64,000 nucleotides of DNA, from assembly GCA_965203905.1 (NCBI GenBank), contig CBDBDQ010000005.1, positions 64,001 to 128,000 on the forward strand, written 5' to 3'. The notes beneath the pieces are model-generated. The model did no database searches and was not told the origin of the DNA. It worked only from the letters and a program-made list of their open reading frames with translations. The position numbers were made by a program, and so were the translations under genes. Within the stretch, counting starts at the first letter, position 1; every line of letters begins with the position of its first letter. Shown one piece after another: positions 27,343-36,868 of the stretch. Source of the DNA: Spirochaetia bacterium. GTDB taxonomy: Bacteria; Spirochaetota; Spirochaetia; SZUA-6; Bin103.

Positions 27343-28268
27343 CCCTTCAGGGACCCGATCATCACGCCGCGTACGAAGTACTTCTGAACGAAGGGATAGG
27401 CGATCAGCACCGGCAGGCTGGCGACGATGATCAGCGCGAACTGCAGCAGGTCACGCATCCCCTCCAGCGCCTCCAGCTCCTTGGGGTCGATCAGGTCCGC
27501 CTCGATGGTGTTGATGATCAGGATGGCGCGCAGGAAGATCTGCAGCGGGTACAGCTCCTCCTTGTTCAGGTAGATGAACGCGTCGAAGAAGGTGTTCCAG
27601 TGGAACACGGCGTAGAACAGGGCGTTGACCGCGGTGATGGCGCCCGACAGCGGCACCACGATCGACCACACGAAACGCAGGTCGCTGCAGCCGTCGATGC
27701 GGGCCGCCTCCAGCAGGCCCGAGCTGATGGTGGTCTGGTAGTAGGTACGGGTGATGATCACGTTCCAGACCAGCAGGCCCTGCGGCAGCAGCATCGCCCA
27801 GCGCGTGTTGAGGATGCCCAGGTCGCGTACCAACAGGTAGTTGGGGATGATGCCGCCGTTGAACAGCATGGTGAACACCAGCAGTGCCATGTAGATGTGG
27901 CGCGCCTTGAAGTCGGGACGCGACAGCGGGTAGGCGGCCATCACGGTGAGCACGATGTTGATGGCGGTGCCGACGGTGGCGTAGAACAGGCTGTTGCCGT
28001 AGCCGATCCACACCTTGCGGTACTCGAAGATGGCCTCGTAGGCGCGCAGCGTCGGGTTCACCGGCAGCAGCCACACCTGCCCGCCCACGGTCGCCTCCGG
28101 CGCGCTGAGCGAGGCGCTGACGATATAGATCAGCGGATAGGTGACGCCGACCAGCACCAGAGCCAGGAACGCGTAGTTGAAGCCGTCGAAGACCCGGTCG
28201 ACACGGCTCTTGCCGATGCGCCGGCGCACCACGCGGTGCAGATCGAGGGCGGACTCGCGGGCTACCAC
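27339..28268 (-). CDS. Carbohydrate ABC transporter permease (LplC/YcjP-like)
   Basis: AAYPLSR, FNGGIIPNY, EAA loop (LLEAARIDGCS) and YPFVQKYFVRGVMIGSLKG. Confidence 0.93.
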   Translation of the reverse strand: MVARESALDLHRVVRRRIGKSRVDRVFDGFNYAFLALVLVGVTYPLIYIVSASLSAPEATVGGQVWLLPVNPTLRAYEAIFEYRKVWIGYGNSLFYATVGTAINIVLTVMAAYPLSRPDFKARHIYMALLVFTMLFNGGIIPNYLLVRDLGILNTRWAMLLPQGLLVWNVIITRTYYQTTISSGLLEAARIDGCSDLRFVWSIVVPLSGAITAVNALFYAVFHWNTFFDAFIYLNKEELYPLQIFLRAILIINTIEADLIDPKELEALEGMRDLLQFALIIVASLPVLIAYPFVQKYFVRGVMIGSLKG

Positions 28269-29212
28269 AGGCTGGTATCGCTCAGGCGGCGCGCAAGCCA
28301 GTTCACCACCAGGATCAACGACAGGTTGATCACGGAGTTGAACAGGCCGATGGCGGTGGCGAACGAGTAGTCGGGCACCGGCGAGGCGAGCCCGATCTTG
28401 TACACGTAGGTCTGGATCACCTCGGATGCGGTCAGGTTGAGCGGCGTCTGCAGCAGGAACGCCTTCTCGAATCCCACCTGCATGATGCGCCCGGTCTCCA
28501 GGATCAGCAGGATGATCGCCACCGGCAGGATGCCCGGTACGTCGATGTGGCGGGTGCGCTGCAGCTTCGAGGCACCGTCCACAATCGCCGCCTCGTGGAG
28601 CTGCGGATCGACGCCGGCCAGCGCCGCCAGGTAGATGATGGTCCCCCAGCCGGCGTTCTGCCAGATGCCGGAGACCACGTAGATCGATTGAAACAGCTCC
28701 GGGCTGCTCATGAACGAGATCCGTTCCAGCCCGAGCCCGACCAGGGCGTTGTTGACCACCCCGGTGTGCAGCGCCAGGAAGCGCATGATCATGCCCGCCA
28801 TCACCACGGTGGAGATGAAGTGGGGGGCGTAGGTGGTGAGCTGCACCGTCTTCTTGAAGCGGCGGTGCTCGACGTTGTTGAGCGCCAGGGCGAGGATGAC
28901 CGGGATCGGGAACGAGGCGGCGATCTGGTAGGCGGACAGGCCGAGGGTGTTCCGGAGGACGGTCCAGAACTGCGGCGACTCGAAGAAGCGGTTGAAGTTG
29001 GCCATGCCGACCCACGGGCTGCCGAAGATGCCCTTGACGGCGAAGAAGTCGCGAAACGCGATCTGCGCCCCCCACATCGGCACGTACTTGAAGACCAGCA
29101 GGTAGATGAGCGGCAGCAGCAGCAGCAGGTGCAGCTGCCAGTTGACGCGCGCGTCGCGCAGCAGCGAACGCCGCACCCGCGGCGCCGCCAGGGAATCGGC
29201 GGCCGGCCTCAT
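28262..29212 (-). CDS. Carbohydrate ABC transporter permease (LplB-like)
   Basis: SPWVGMANF, YAPHFISTVV, EAAIVDGASK and ATAIGLFNSVIN. Confidence 0.95.
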   Translation of the reverse strand: MRPAADSLAAPRVRRSLLRDARVNWQLHLLLLLPLIYLLVFKYVPMWGAQIAFRDFFAVKGIFGSPWVGMANFNRFFESPQFWTVLRNTLGLSAYQIAASFPIPVILALALNNVEHRRFKKTVQLTTYAPHFISTVVMAGMIMRFLALHTGVVNNALVGLGLERISFMSSPELFQSIYVVSGIWQNAGWGTIIYLAALAGVDPQLHEAAIVDGASKLQRTRHIDVPGILPVAIILLILETGRIMQVGFEKAFLLQTPLNLTASEVIQTYVYKIGLASPVPDYSFATAIGLFNSVINLSLILVVNWLARRLSDTSLW

Positions 29213-29253
29213 CGGACGCGCATCCTACCCCACCCCCCGCCCGCCGGCAAGGA
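29210..29253 (-). promoter_or_regulatory. Sigma70 promoter plus ATG of the permease operon (copy 1 of a 44-bp repeat)
   Basis: TTGCCG-N17-TAGGAT-N9-ATG on the minus strand; 40/44 identical to 30058..30101. Confidence 0.75.
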
Positions 29254-29272
29254 ACGCCGCATGTACCGACCC

Positions 29273-29821
29273 GTATGTTCGAAACGCAGAGGAGGCGTTC
29301 GTTTCCGCTCCCGGACTACGATCTGACAGACACGAGCAGCGTGGCCGTCACCACCCCACGGCCGCATCCTTGACGAGCACTACACCCGGCTTCTGATGGA
29401 GGGTCTCGACCTGGAACTCGATCTGGTGATGCTTCTGGACCGAGTGCAGAAGGGACTGCGCATCGACCGGGAAGGACATCGCCGTTTGAAGCGGTCCCGC
29501 TTGGTCGAAGGCCGTTACCCGAACCTCGCGGTCGCCGGATCCGTGGCCAGAGCCACCGGAACCGCCGGCCGCTACATTCGCGAACGCGGTTTCGACAAGC
29601 GGTATTACGAGGATCTGATCCTCGCGTTGGTACGAGAGCACGGTCCGGTCGGCCGGAGCGAGATCGATCAGGCCCTCATTTCAAAGCTCCCTGACAGGCT
29701 GACTCATGCACAGAAGCAATCGAGGGTGAGCAATCTCTTGCAGGAGCTGCGACGCTCCGGTCAGATCGTCAACCAAGGCACCCGCTCCCGCCCCAAGTGG
29801 GTGTCAACCGTGGCTCCGTGA
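29273..29821 (+). pseudogene. C-terminal fragment of an AlbA/RecG-C-type ATP-binding putative transcriptional regulator
   Basis: RMFETQRRRSFPLPDYDL, frameshift, then GRILDEHYTRLL...LVEGRYPN...GFDKRYYEDLIL and a wHTH-like end; no 5' part. Confidence 0.72.
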
Positions 29822-30057
29822 CTCGCGCCTGAGGCATTTCCAAAATTAGAAACTCTTTCGGAAACGAGAACAATGCCCGTCGCAGGTAGGTCTCAACTAC
29901 TTATGTGGAAATAATTTATCCTTTAATATCTTAGCGCTTCAAATAAAGGGATTTAGTTAAGCCCGATGCTCCGCGCGTGCAGACGCTCTACTCGCTCGCC
30001 AACCGCCATGGCCTGTTCACCGCGGTCATCAAGATGGCGCTGACGGCGAACAAACCG

Positions 30058-30101
30058 CATCGGACGCGCATCCTACCCTACCCCCTACCCACCGGCAAGG
30101 A
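30058..30101 (-). repeat. Copy 2 of the 44-bp promoter-containing direct repeat
   Basis: catcggacgcgcatcctaccctaccccctacccaccggcaagga differs from copy 1 by 4 transitions, all in the promoter spacer. Confidence 0.9.
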
Positions 30102-30277
30102 CGCAAGCGCGCCGGGCCCCGCGCGCTTGCGCGTCCGGCCCCTGAAGCACGGAAGACGAGTCGGTGTCCACGGAGGTAAGCACGGGTGCACGGGTGCAGT
30201 GCCACGTTGACGGCTGCGCCGAGGAAGGTTAGAACGCAGGTGCGTGGGTGCGCGAAGCTGACGAACCAGGCTGACAA

Positions 30278-31528
30278 ATGAGACTCAACGCACTGACCTG
30301 CGCGGTCGGCCTACTCGTTGCGGCCGTTGCCGCACACGCCCAGGAGCGCGCCTTTCCGACGACGTCCGGTGACCGCGAGCTGCGGCGGGTAACGCTCGAA
30401 CAGCTTCACCACGGCCGCTACCGCCTGCCGCTTCGCGGCGACGAGGAGACGGCGATTCGCTTCCACCGGGGGCGTGGGACCGTCAGGTACGGCGATGGTG
30501 CGACGGAGCGGGTACAGGCCGGGCTGCTCACCGACCTGGTCGCCTTCGGCGACCTCGACGGCGACCTGGTCGCCGATGCGGTGGTTGTGGTCTTCATCAA
30601 TCCGGGCGGCAGCGGCACGTTTATCCACCTGCTGGCGATGCATGACCGCGAAGGCACACCGGTGCAGGCCGCTCGCGAGTTCCTGGGGGACCGGGTGCGC
30701 GTGCAAAGCATCGCGATCTCGGGCAGGCGTATCTTCGTGACGATGCTCGCGCACGGTCCCGGGGACGGGTTGTGTTGCCCATCGGTCGAGATCAGGCGCG
30801 CGTTCACGCTGCAAGGGCGCAGGTTGGTGCCGAGTCAGTTCCTGGTGGTCGAGGCTCCCCTGCCGGGCGGGAAGGTGGCGCCGGGCATCGAAGTTCGGGG
30901 AACGACGAGCACGCCCCCGTCCGGCGACGGCCTGGCCTACCTGGTATATGACGCTTACGGCGGCGTGATTGGCATGGGGAGAGTCCCTGTTGCGGCAGGC
31001 TTGGGCAGTGCGGGAACGTTTGCCGCACCGGTCGACTTCCTTGCCGGCGGCGGCGGACCGGGACGCATCGAAATCGTCGACGTGCGCCGGAGCGACGGTT
31101 CGGCATCGGCTCGGGCGTCGGTGCAGGTCCTGCTCGCAGCCACGGCGGATCGGCGACCCCCGCCGCAGCAACCGGTGCCGCGGCAGATCGTGCTCCAGGC
31201 GCCGGTAACCGGCGCGGTCATGGGCGCGAGCATCGAGGTGCGCGGGTGGATCAGCACCGTACCGTTCGAGAACAACCTGACCTACCGGATCTACAGCGAA
31301 GGCGGCGTCGTGATCGACCGGGGATGGATCATGGTGGAGGGCGATCTCGGTGAACGCGGCACGTTCGCGAAGTCGATCGCCCTGGTGGGTACCGATGCCG
31401 CCGGCCCCGTCAGCATCGAGGTGCGGGACGTCAACGAGGCCGACGGTTCGCTGTTCGCCAGCACGACGGTGCAGGTGTTCATGGTGGCAGATCAGGACGA
31501 TTCGACGGCACTGAACAAGGAGCGCTGA
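30278..31528 (+). CDS. Secreted protein with two Gmad2-like Ig domains
   Basis: Signal peptide AHA|QE, GDLDGD..GGSGTF..CCPS N-domain, and two repeats of P..G..I.V.G...(PFENNL)...GTF. Confidence 0.75.
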   Translation: MRLNALTCAVGLLVAAVAAHAQERAFPTTSGDRELRRVTLEQLHHGRYRLPLRGDEETAIRFHRGRGTVRYGDGATERVQAGLLTDLVAFGDLDGDLVADAVVVVFINPGGSGTFIHLLAMHDREGTPVQAAREFLGDRVRVQSIAISGRRIFVTMLAHGPGDGLCCPSVEIRRAFTLQGRRLVPSQFLVVEAPLPGGKVAPGIEVRGTTSTPPSGDGLAYLVYDAYGGVIGMGRVPVAAGLGSAGTFAAPVDFLAGGGGPGRIEIVDVRRSDGSASARASVQVLLAATADRRPPPQQPVPRQIVLQAPVTGAVMGASIEVRGWISTVPFENNLTYRIYSEGGVVIDRGWIMVEGDLGERGTFAKSIALVGTDAAGPVSIEVRDVNEADGSLFASTTVQVFMVADQDDSTALNKER

Positions 31529-31533
31529 AGGCT

Positions 31534-32718
31534 CTACGCGTCCGCCGGTGTCTGGTTACCAGACTCGGTCAGCTCCACGGCTTGCTCGGCGAGCAGCCGC
31601 CCGCCGAGGGTTGAAGGGGAAATCACCCTGTCCACACCCAGACGGCGCACGGTGGCGACGCTTTCCTCGTCCTCGATACGCACCAGGATCACAAACTGCA
31701 CGTGCGGCGTCGTGTCGCGCAGGTCCTTGGCATTGACCGCAATCAGGGTGTTCATCGAGTCACTGTCACAGGCGGCGATGACTGCCCGCGCCGTGGCCAC
31801 GTTGGCTTCGACCAGCGTCTCGCGCAGGGTCGGGTCTGCCTCCAGCACGTCCTGGCCCTTGCCACGCAACTGCTGTACCACCTTCTCGCGGTCGTCGACG
31901 ATCACCACGGATACGCGGCGCTCGCGCAACTCGTCGATGACGCTGGCTGCGACACCGCTGTAGCCGCACACCACCACGTGATCGCTCAGCCGTTGGAACC
32001 GCTTCACCAGGTTCATCACCCCCTTCATGCGTCCTTCGACGATCGGGCCGAGCACTACCGTCAGCGCGGTAAGGAACAGGGTCAGGCCGATGAGGAACAT
32101 CGACACCACGAACCACCGGGCATCCGAGCTGATCGGTACGGTCTCGGCGACCGCGTCGTCGTAGCCGAGCGTAGTATAGGTCATGAGCGTGAAGTACACC
32201 GCGTCGGTCCAGCCGTCGATGCTCTTGAACTGGTCCCGCATCAGGTAGGTGCCGACGATGCCGTAGACCAGGGCCAGCCCCACGGCGATCACCGCCACCA
32301 CCTGCCCGTAGGTGAGGCGTCTCGCGGCGCGCACCGAGAACCTGTGCTGGAACGCCAGCAGTGCGGCAATCACCAGCAGAGTCGGTACCAGAGTGGCGAT
32401 GCCGTGCCCTTGAAACAGGTAGTACAGGCTGGACGCCAGGTCCAATGCCTGCAGCGCCAAGGCGATGCCCCAGGCCCGACGCCGGCGCTCGAACAGACCC
32501 TTGGCCACCAGCACCTGGAAAACGCCGAACAGCATCCGGACGAGGCCCGGCACGTTGTCGCCGGGGAGCTCCCATCCCACCATCTGTGCGAAGCCGGTCG
32601 TCAACAGCAGCACGCCGTTGAGTGCGATCGCGAGCGCGATCCAGGTGGTGGCCCGCGGCAGGCGGCGCCGACGCGGGTTCCTCTGAGGATCGCCTCGCGC
32701 TGGTGACAGCTTCGTCAT
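31534..32718 (-). CDS. Kch-like potassium channel family protein with RCK (TrkA-N) domain
   Basis: Multiple TMs, pore helix DAVYFTLMTYTTLGYDD and Rossmann HVVVCGYSGVA...VISPSTLGG. Confidence 0.85.
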   Translation of the reverse strand: MTKLSPARGDPQRNPRRRRLPRATTWIALAIALNGVLLLTTGFAQMVGWELPGDNVPGLVRMLFGVFQVLVAKGLFERRRRAWGIALALQALDLASSLYYLFQGHGIATLVPTLLVIAALLAFQHRFSVRAARRLTYGQVVAVIAVGLALVYGIVGTYLMRDQFKSIDGWTDAVYFTLMTYTTLGYDDAVAETVPISSDARWFVVSMFLIGLTLFLTALTVVLGPIVEGRMKGVMNLVKRFQRLSDHVVVCGYSGVAASVIDELRERRVSVVIVDDREKVVQQLRGKGQDVLEADPTLRETLVEANVATARAVIAACDSDSMNTLIAVNAKDLRDTTPHVQFVILVRIEDEESVATVRRLGVDRVISPSTLGGRLLAEQAVELTESGNQTPADA

Positions 32719-32752
32719 CCCGTGATGGAGATTGATTCAGGTCCGCGGGGCA

Positions 32753-33355
32753 CTACGATCGGGCCAGAATCGCCTCCTCGATCTGGTCGAACGCGTTCCG
32801 GTACAGGTCGGCATCCAGCACCGACTCCTGGTAGGAATTCGGGTCTCTATCGGAGTATATCGTGGTCGTGAAACTGTAACTGTAAGAATCGTCGGTCAAT
32901 CCGGTCTCGAAAGCGGTAACGGTTTCGGGAGCTCCCCGTCCGTATGCTCCCGAATACTCCGAACGTATCGCGAAGTGGACAATGACCCGTACCTCGACTC
33001 CGGCTTCTTCGACGAGAGCACTGGCCACCGGCGTCCTCGAAACGCCGAGGGAGGCCGGTGCAGGTTCTTCCACCGGACCTTCGGCAGTTATGACTCCTGT
33101 ATCCGGGGAGATCCCTCGGATGGTGTATCCCAGGGCCTCCAACACCGAGATCACGCTTTCGAACACGACCGGCTTCGCCGCCTCGTAGGTGCGCGAGCGT
33201 ACCGCCGGCGCGCTCTCGCCGAGGGGCGATCGAAGTTCGCGGCTGGCGGCGCCAGACTCGGCAATCGGCGGCTGCGTGGCACAACTGCCGAGCACCAGGA
33301 TGCAAGTCAAGCCAACTGCCAAAACGACCAAACCGACCGGTTTCAGTCGCGTCAT
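32753..33355 (-). CDS. Lipoprotein of unknown function
   Basis: Lipobox LGSC; RSRTYEA...VFESVISVLEALGYTI...DTGVITA...LYRNAFDQIEEAI. Confidence 0.75.
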   Translation of the reverse strand: MTRLKPVGLVVLAVGLTCILVLGSCATQPPIAESGAASRELRSPLGESAPAVRSRTYEAAKPVVFESVISVLEALGYTIRGISPDTGVITAEGPVEEPAPASLGVSRTPVASALVEEAGVEVRVIVHFAIRSEYSGAYGRGAPETVTAFETGLTDDSYSYSFTTTIYSDRDPNSYQESVLDADLYRNAFDQIEEAILARS

Positions 33356-33516
33356 CCCGCAGTACCCCCGGCTGCGATAGTACGTGAACGCGTCCGGCTA
33401 CCGCAAGCTGCCGTCGGGCGGCCGGGGGCGGCCTGGTCGGACTGCGCAGGTCAGCGAGCAGCGGCGCCGGCGCGTTCGTCCCACGACTCGAAGCAACTTG
33501 GCCTGTTGGTGACTCC

Positions 33517-34404
33517 TCATCCCTTGATGGAGCCGATCATCACGCCGCGCACGAAGTACTTCTGCACGAAGGGGTACATCATCAGCACCGGCACGCTGGC
33601 CACCACGATCAGGGAGAACTTGAGCAGCTCGCGCAGCCCCTGGCGCGCCTCGTCGTCGATCACGTCGCCGGTCAGCTCCAGGTCGATGTCGTTGGCGATC
33701 AGGATCTCGCGCAGCACGATCTGCAGCGGAAACAGGCGGTCGTCGTTGAGGTAGATGAAGGCGTTGAAGAACGCGTTCCAGTGGCCGACGGCGTAGAACA
33801 GCGTATTGACAGCGGTGATCGCCCCCGACAGCGGCACCACGATCTGCCAGATGAAGCGGGCGTCGCTGCAGCCGTCGAGCTGCGCCGCCTCCAGGAGCTC
33901 GTCGGAGATGGTGGTCTGGTAGTAGGTGCGGGTGATGATCACGTTCCAGGCGGCGATGGCGTTGGGAATCATCATCACCCAGCGCGTGTTGATCATCCCC
34001 AGCTCGCGCACCAGCAGGTAGGTCGGGATCAGCCCACCAGAAAAAATCATGGTGAAGGTGATCAGGAACATGAACAGGTTGCGCCCCACCAGGTCGCGCC
34101 GCGACAGCGGGTAGGCGGCCATGATGGTCAGCACCACGTTGATGATGGTGCCGAAGAAGGTATAGAAGACCGTGTTGGCATAGCCGCGCCAGATCAGCGC
34201 GTAGTCGAAGATGGTCTGGTAGCCGAGCAGGGTGGGCTCCACCGGCCACAGCCACACCCGCCCGCCGAGCACCGCGCGGGTGGAGCTGAACGACGCCGAC
34301 AGCACGTAGATCAGCGGATACAGCACCACCACGATGGCCAGGGCCAGCAGGGCATTGTTGCACCACTGGTAGACACGGTCGCCGTGGCTGCGTTCGATGG
34401 CCAT
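33517..34404 (-). CDS. Carbohydrate ABC transporter permease (LplC-like)
   Basis: AAYPLSR, FSGGLIPTY, LLEAAQLDGCS and YPFVQKYFVRGVMIGSIKG; paralog of 27339..28268. Confidence 0.94.
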   Translation of the reverse strand: MAIERSHGDRVYQWCNNALLALAIVVVLYPLIYVLSASFSSTRAVLGGRVWLWPVEPTLLGYQTIFDYALIWRGYANTVFYTFFGTIINVVLTIMAAYPLSRRDLVGRNLFMFLITFTMIFSGGLIPTYLLVRELGMINTRWVMMIPNAIAAWNVIITRTYYQTTISDELLEAAQLDGCSDARFIWQIVVPLSGAITAVNTLFYAVGHWNAFFNAFIYLNDDRLFPLQIVLREILIANDIDLELTGDVIDDEARQGLRELLKFSLIVVASVPVLMMYPFVQKYFVRGVMIGSIKG

Positions 34405-34429
34405 CGCCCTGCGTTCCCCTCGCCTCACC

Positions 34430-35386
34430 TCACCACAGGCTGGTGTTGCTCACCCGCTTGGCGATTTCGTTGACGGTGATGATGAGCGCGAAGTTGATCA
34501 CCGAGTTGAACAGGCCGATCGCAGACGAGTAGGAGTAGGCCGGCAGGTTGGACTCGATGCCGATCTTGTAGACGAAGGTCTGGATGATCTCGGAAGCCTG
34601 CAGGTTGAGCGGGTTCTGCATCAGGAGCGCCTTCTCGAAGCCGACGTTCATGAGCTGGCCCATGCGCAGGATCAGCAGCACCACCGCGGTGGGCAGAATG
34701 CCGGGCACGTCGATGCGCCAGGTGCGCTGCAGCTTGCTCGCCCCGTCGACGATCGCCGCTTCGTGCAGGGTCGGGTCGATGCTCGCCAGCGCCGCCAGGA
34801 AGATGATGGTGCCCCAGCCCGCCTCCTGCCAGATGCCCGACCACACGTACACGCTCCAGAACATGCCGGCTTCGCCCATGAAGTGGACCGGGTCGAAGCC
34901 GAGCGCCTTGATCAGTGCGTTCACGGCTCCGTAGCGGGGCGACAGGAACTGCAGCAGCAGCCCCACCATCACCACGGTGGAGATGAAGTGCGGCGCGTAG
35001 GTGACCATCTGCGCGGTCTTCTTGAAGCGCGGCGCCTCCGAGTTGTTGATCAGCAGCGCCAGGATGATCGGAATCGGGAACCCCGCCACCAGCGTGTACA
35101 CGGCGATGCCGACGGTGTTGCCCACCACCCGCGTGAACTGGTAGGAGCGGAAGAACTTGACGAACTGGTCGACGCCCACCCACGGGCTGCCCCAGATGCC
35201 CTTGATGGCGATGAACTCGCGGAACGCGATCTGGGCCCCGTACATCGGCAAGTAGTGGAAGATGACGAAGAAGGCGATGGGCACGGACAGGATCAGGTAG
35301 AGCTGCCAGTTGCCGCGAATTCGCGCCAGGAGCCGTACGCTGCGCCGCCCGACCGATCGTGCCGCTGCCGTCTGCGCGCCAGCCAT
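34430..35386 (-). CDS. Carbohydrate ABC transporter permease (LplB-like)
   Basis: YAPHFISTVV and EAAIVDGASK; GGAGG before the ATG at 35386; paralog of 28262..29212. Confidence 0.94.
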   Translation of the reverse strand: MAGAQTAAARSVGRRSVRLLARIRGNWQLYLILSVPIAFFVIFHYLPMYGAQIAFREFIAIKGIWGSPWVGVDQFVKFFRSYQFTRVVGNTVGIAVYTLVAGFPIPIILALLINNSEAPRFKKTAQMVTYAPHFISTVVMVGLLLQFLSPRYGAVNALIKALGFDPVHFMGEAGMFWSVYVWSGIWQEAGWGTIIFLAALASIDPTLHEAAIVDGASKLQRTWRIDVPGILPTAVVLLILRMGQLMNVGFEKALLMQNPLNLQASEIIQTFVYKIGIESNLPAYSYSSAIGLFNSVINFALIITVNEIAKRVSNTSLW

Positions 35387-35521
35387 ACCTCCCATTCTAT
35401 CAGTCCCCACGCGACGCCGCCCAACTCGCGAGGGCGCGGTCGGAGCGGATCCCGCGTTCGGTGGTTGTGGGATATTGCGGGCTGATTGACGTTCCTGCGG
35501 AGGTCCGGCAACGCTGGCCCC

Positions 35522-35803
35522 ATGAGCAATGGCAGGCCGGGTGGGAATTTCACCACGAGCGTCAGCGGCGGCACGTACATTCTGGTCGGGATCGGCGTCG
35601 GCATCGCCTCGGCGGCGTCGGCATCGGTGCCGATGGCGTTCATCTCGGGGGCGTTCTGGCCTGCCACACTCGGCTACTGGGCGGTACGCGCGCTGCAGCA
35701 GTACGCAGCCGGCGGTTTAGGCTCGCCGACTTTGAGCCCGGTCGTCAGCGCAGCAGATCCCGCATCATCGCGCCAACGGTTTGCGCAGGGTCGGTCACCT
35801 TGA
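35522..35803 (+). CDS. Possible small membrane protein
   Basis: Hydrophobic GTYILVGIGVGIA...FISGAFWPATLGYWAV segment; its 3' end overlaps the McrC relic. Confidence 0.4.
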   Translation: MSNGRPGGNFTTSVSGGTYILVGIGVGIASAASASVPMAFISGAFWPATLGYWAVRALQQYAAGGLGSPTLSPVVSAADPASSRQRFAQGRSP

Positions 35804-36360
35804 ACGGGAAGCAGGCCATCTCGAGACCGCGTTCATTCACGAACCGGAAGTGGAGCGTCTCGTGAAACTCCTTCGTCCGTGGGAAGACCAGCACGACGCG
35901 CCGGCAACCGTATCGCATCCCGTAGGCAAAGAGCTGGTACGCGTCGTCCTGACTGACGCCATGATTTGCAGCGTCGCGGTCGAGACGCTTCCACTTCGCA
36001 TCCAGCACGAATCGGACCTGCCCGTGTTCCATCAGAACGACATCGGGCTTCAGCCGAAAGGCATCGTTACCGCTACAGTCCTTCGCCAAGCTCCGGATCG
36101 GCCCTTGTGCACGCACCGTGAAACGCCGCTGGTGTCGGCGGACAGCGGCGGTGACGAAGTCCTCGAAAACCTCCTCCATCGGAAACAGCAGCGCACGGTT
36201 GACGTGCGGGCCCGCGAAGGTACCGAGGCCGTGGCCGAACAGGAACAATCCGACCCACGGCATCACGGTGTCGTAGTGTGGCATCGACCGATCGACGCGA
36301 TGCCGCACCCAGTCGTCGTCCAGGTTGGTCGAAGGCGGCACATCGGAGAACACGATGCGC
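35745..36360 (-). pseudogene. mcrC: McrC-family nuclease, C-terminal half
   Basis: ALLFPMEEVFEDFV, LKPDVV, LDAKWKRL, VSQDDAYQLFAYG and VLVFP; N-terminus absent. Confidence 0.85.
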
Positions 36361-36700
36361 CGCGGTCGGAAGGTAGCGGAAAGCCCAGCCTCTCGTAGGT
36401 GTCTCGGAACGCGCCTTTCCGGTACGGCGGATACCGTTGCGGGTCGATCCCCATCATGAAATTTGATGCGACATTGAGACGAGTGCCCGTGGCTCTTCGT
36501 GAGAACACGCTTTCGGGCAGACTGCTATCGAATTGGCGAACGCGGTCGCCGGACGTTCGGTCGTCTTCGGACCACAGTCCCAATAGGGCCCTACGCGCCT
36601 CGCCCACGTTGTGGTCGATCCACTCGATGAGTTTGGAGTGATGCTCGCGTGTGCGAAACCGAAGCCGCCAAGCCTGAAGCAGGCGTCACTCTTGGCTCCC
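36361..36700 (-). pseudogene. Probable N-terminal fragment of the cognate McrB-like gene
   Basis: Coding-like fragment (ARRALLGLWSED...ASNFMMGIDPQRYPPYR...YERLGFP) abuts McrC; no GTPase domain; assignment is by context. Confidence 0.5.
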
Positions 36701-36868
36701 ACTTGAACTACACTTCACGCCTTAGTAGTAGCCAACGGCCAATCGGACGTCAACGACCGCGGCCGGCGTCGCGGGCGATTTCAGGCAGGAACCGGCGAGC
36801 GCGAGCTTGCAGGGTCGCGGATGCCGGCGCTATGATCGACCGTCAGAATCCCGAAGAGGAGGGAAGAG

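Noticed and set aside
29977-30277. ORFs 29977..30210 and 30029..30277
   Set aside because: They run through the duplicated promoter and show no recognisable family; they are probably non-coding or a short relic.
27339-35386. Recent duplication of the two permease pairs
   Set aside because: They are clearly paralogous but diverged throughout, as in ordinary CUT1 family expansion.
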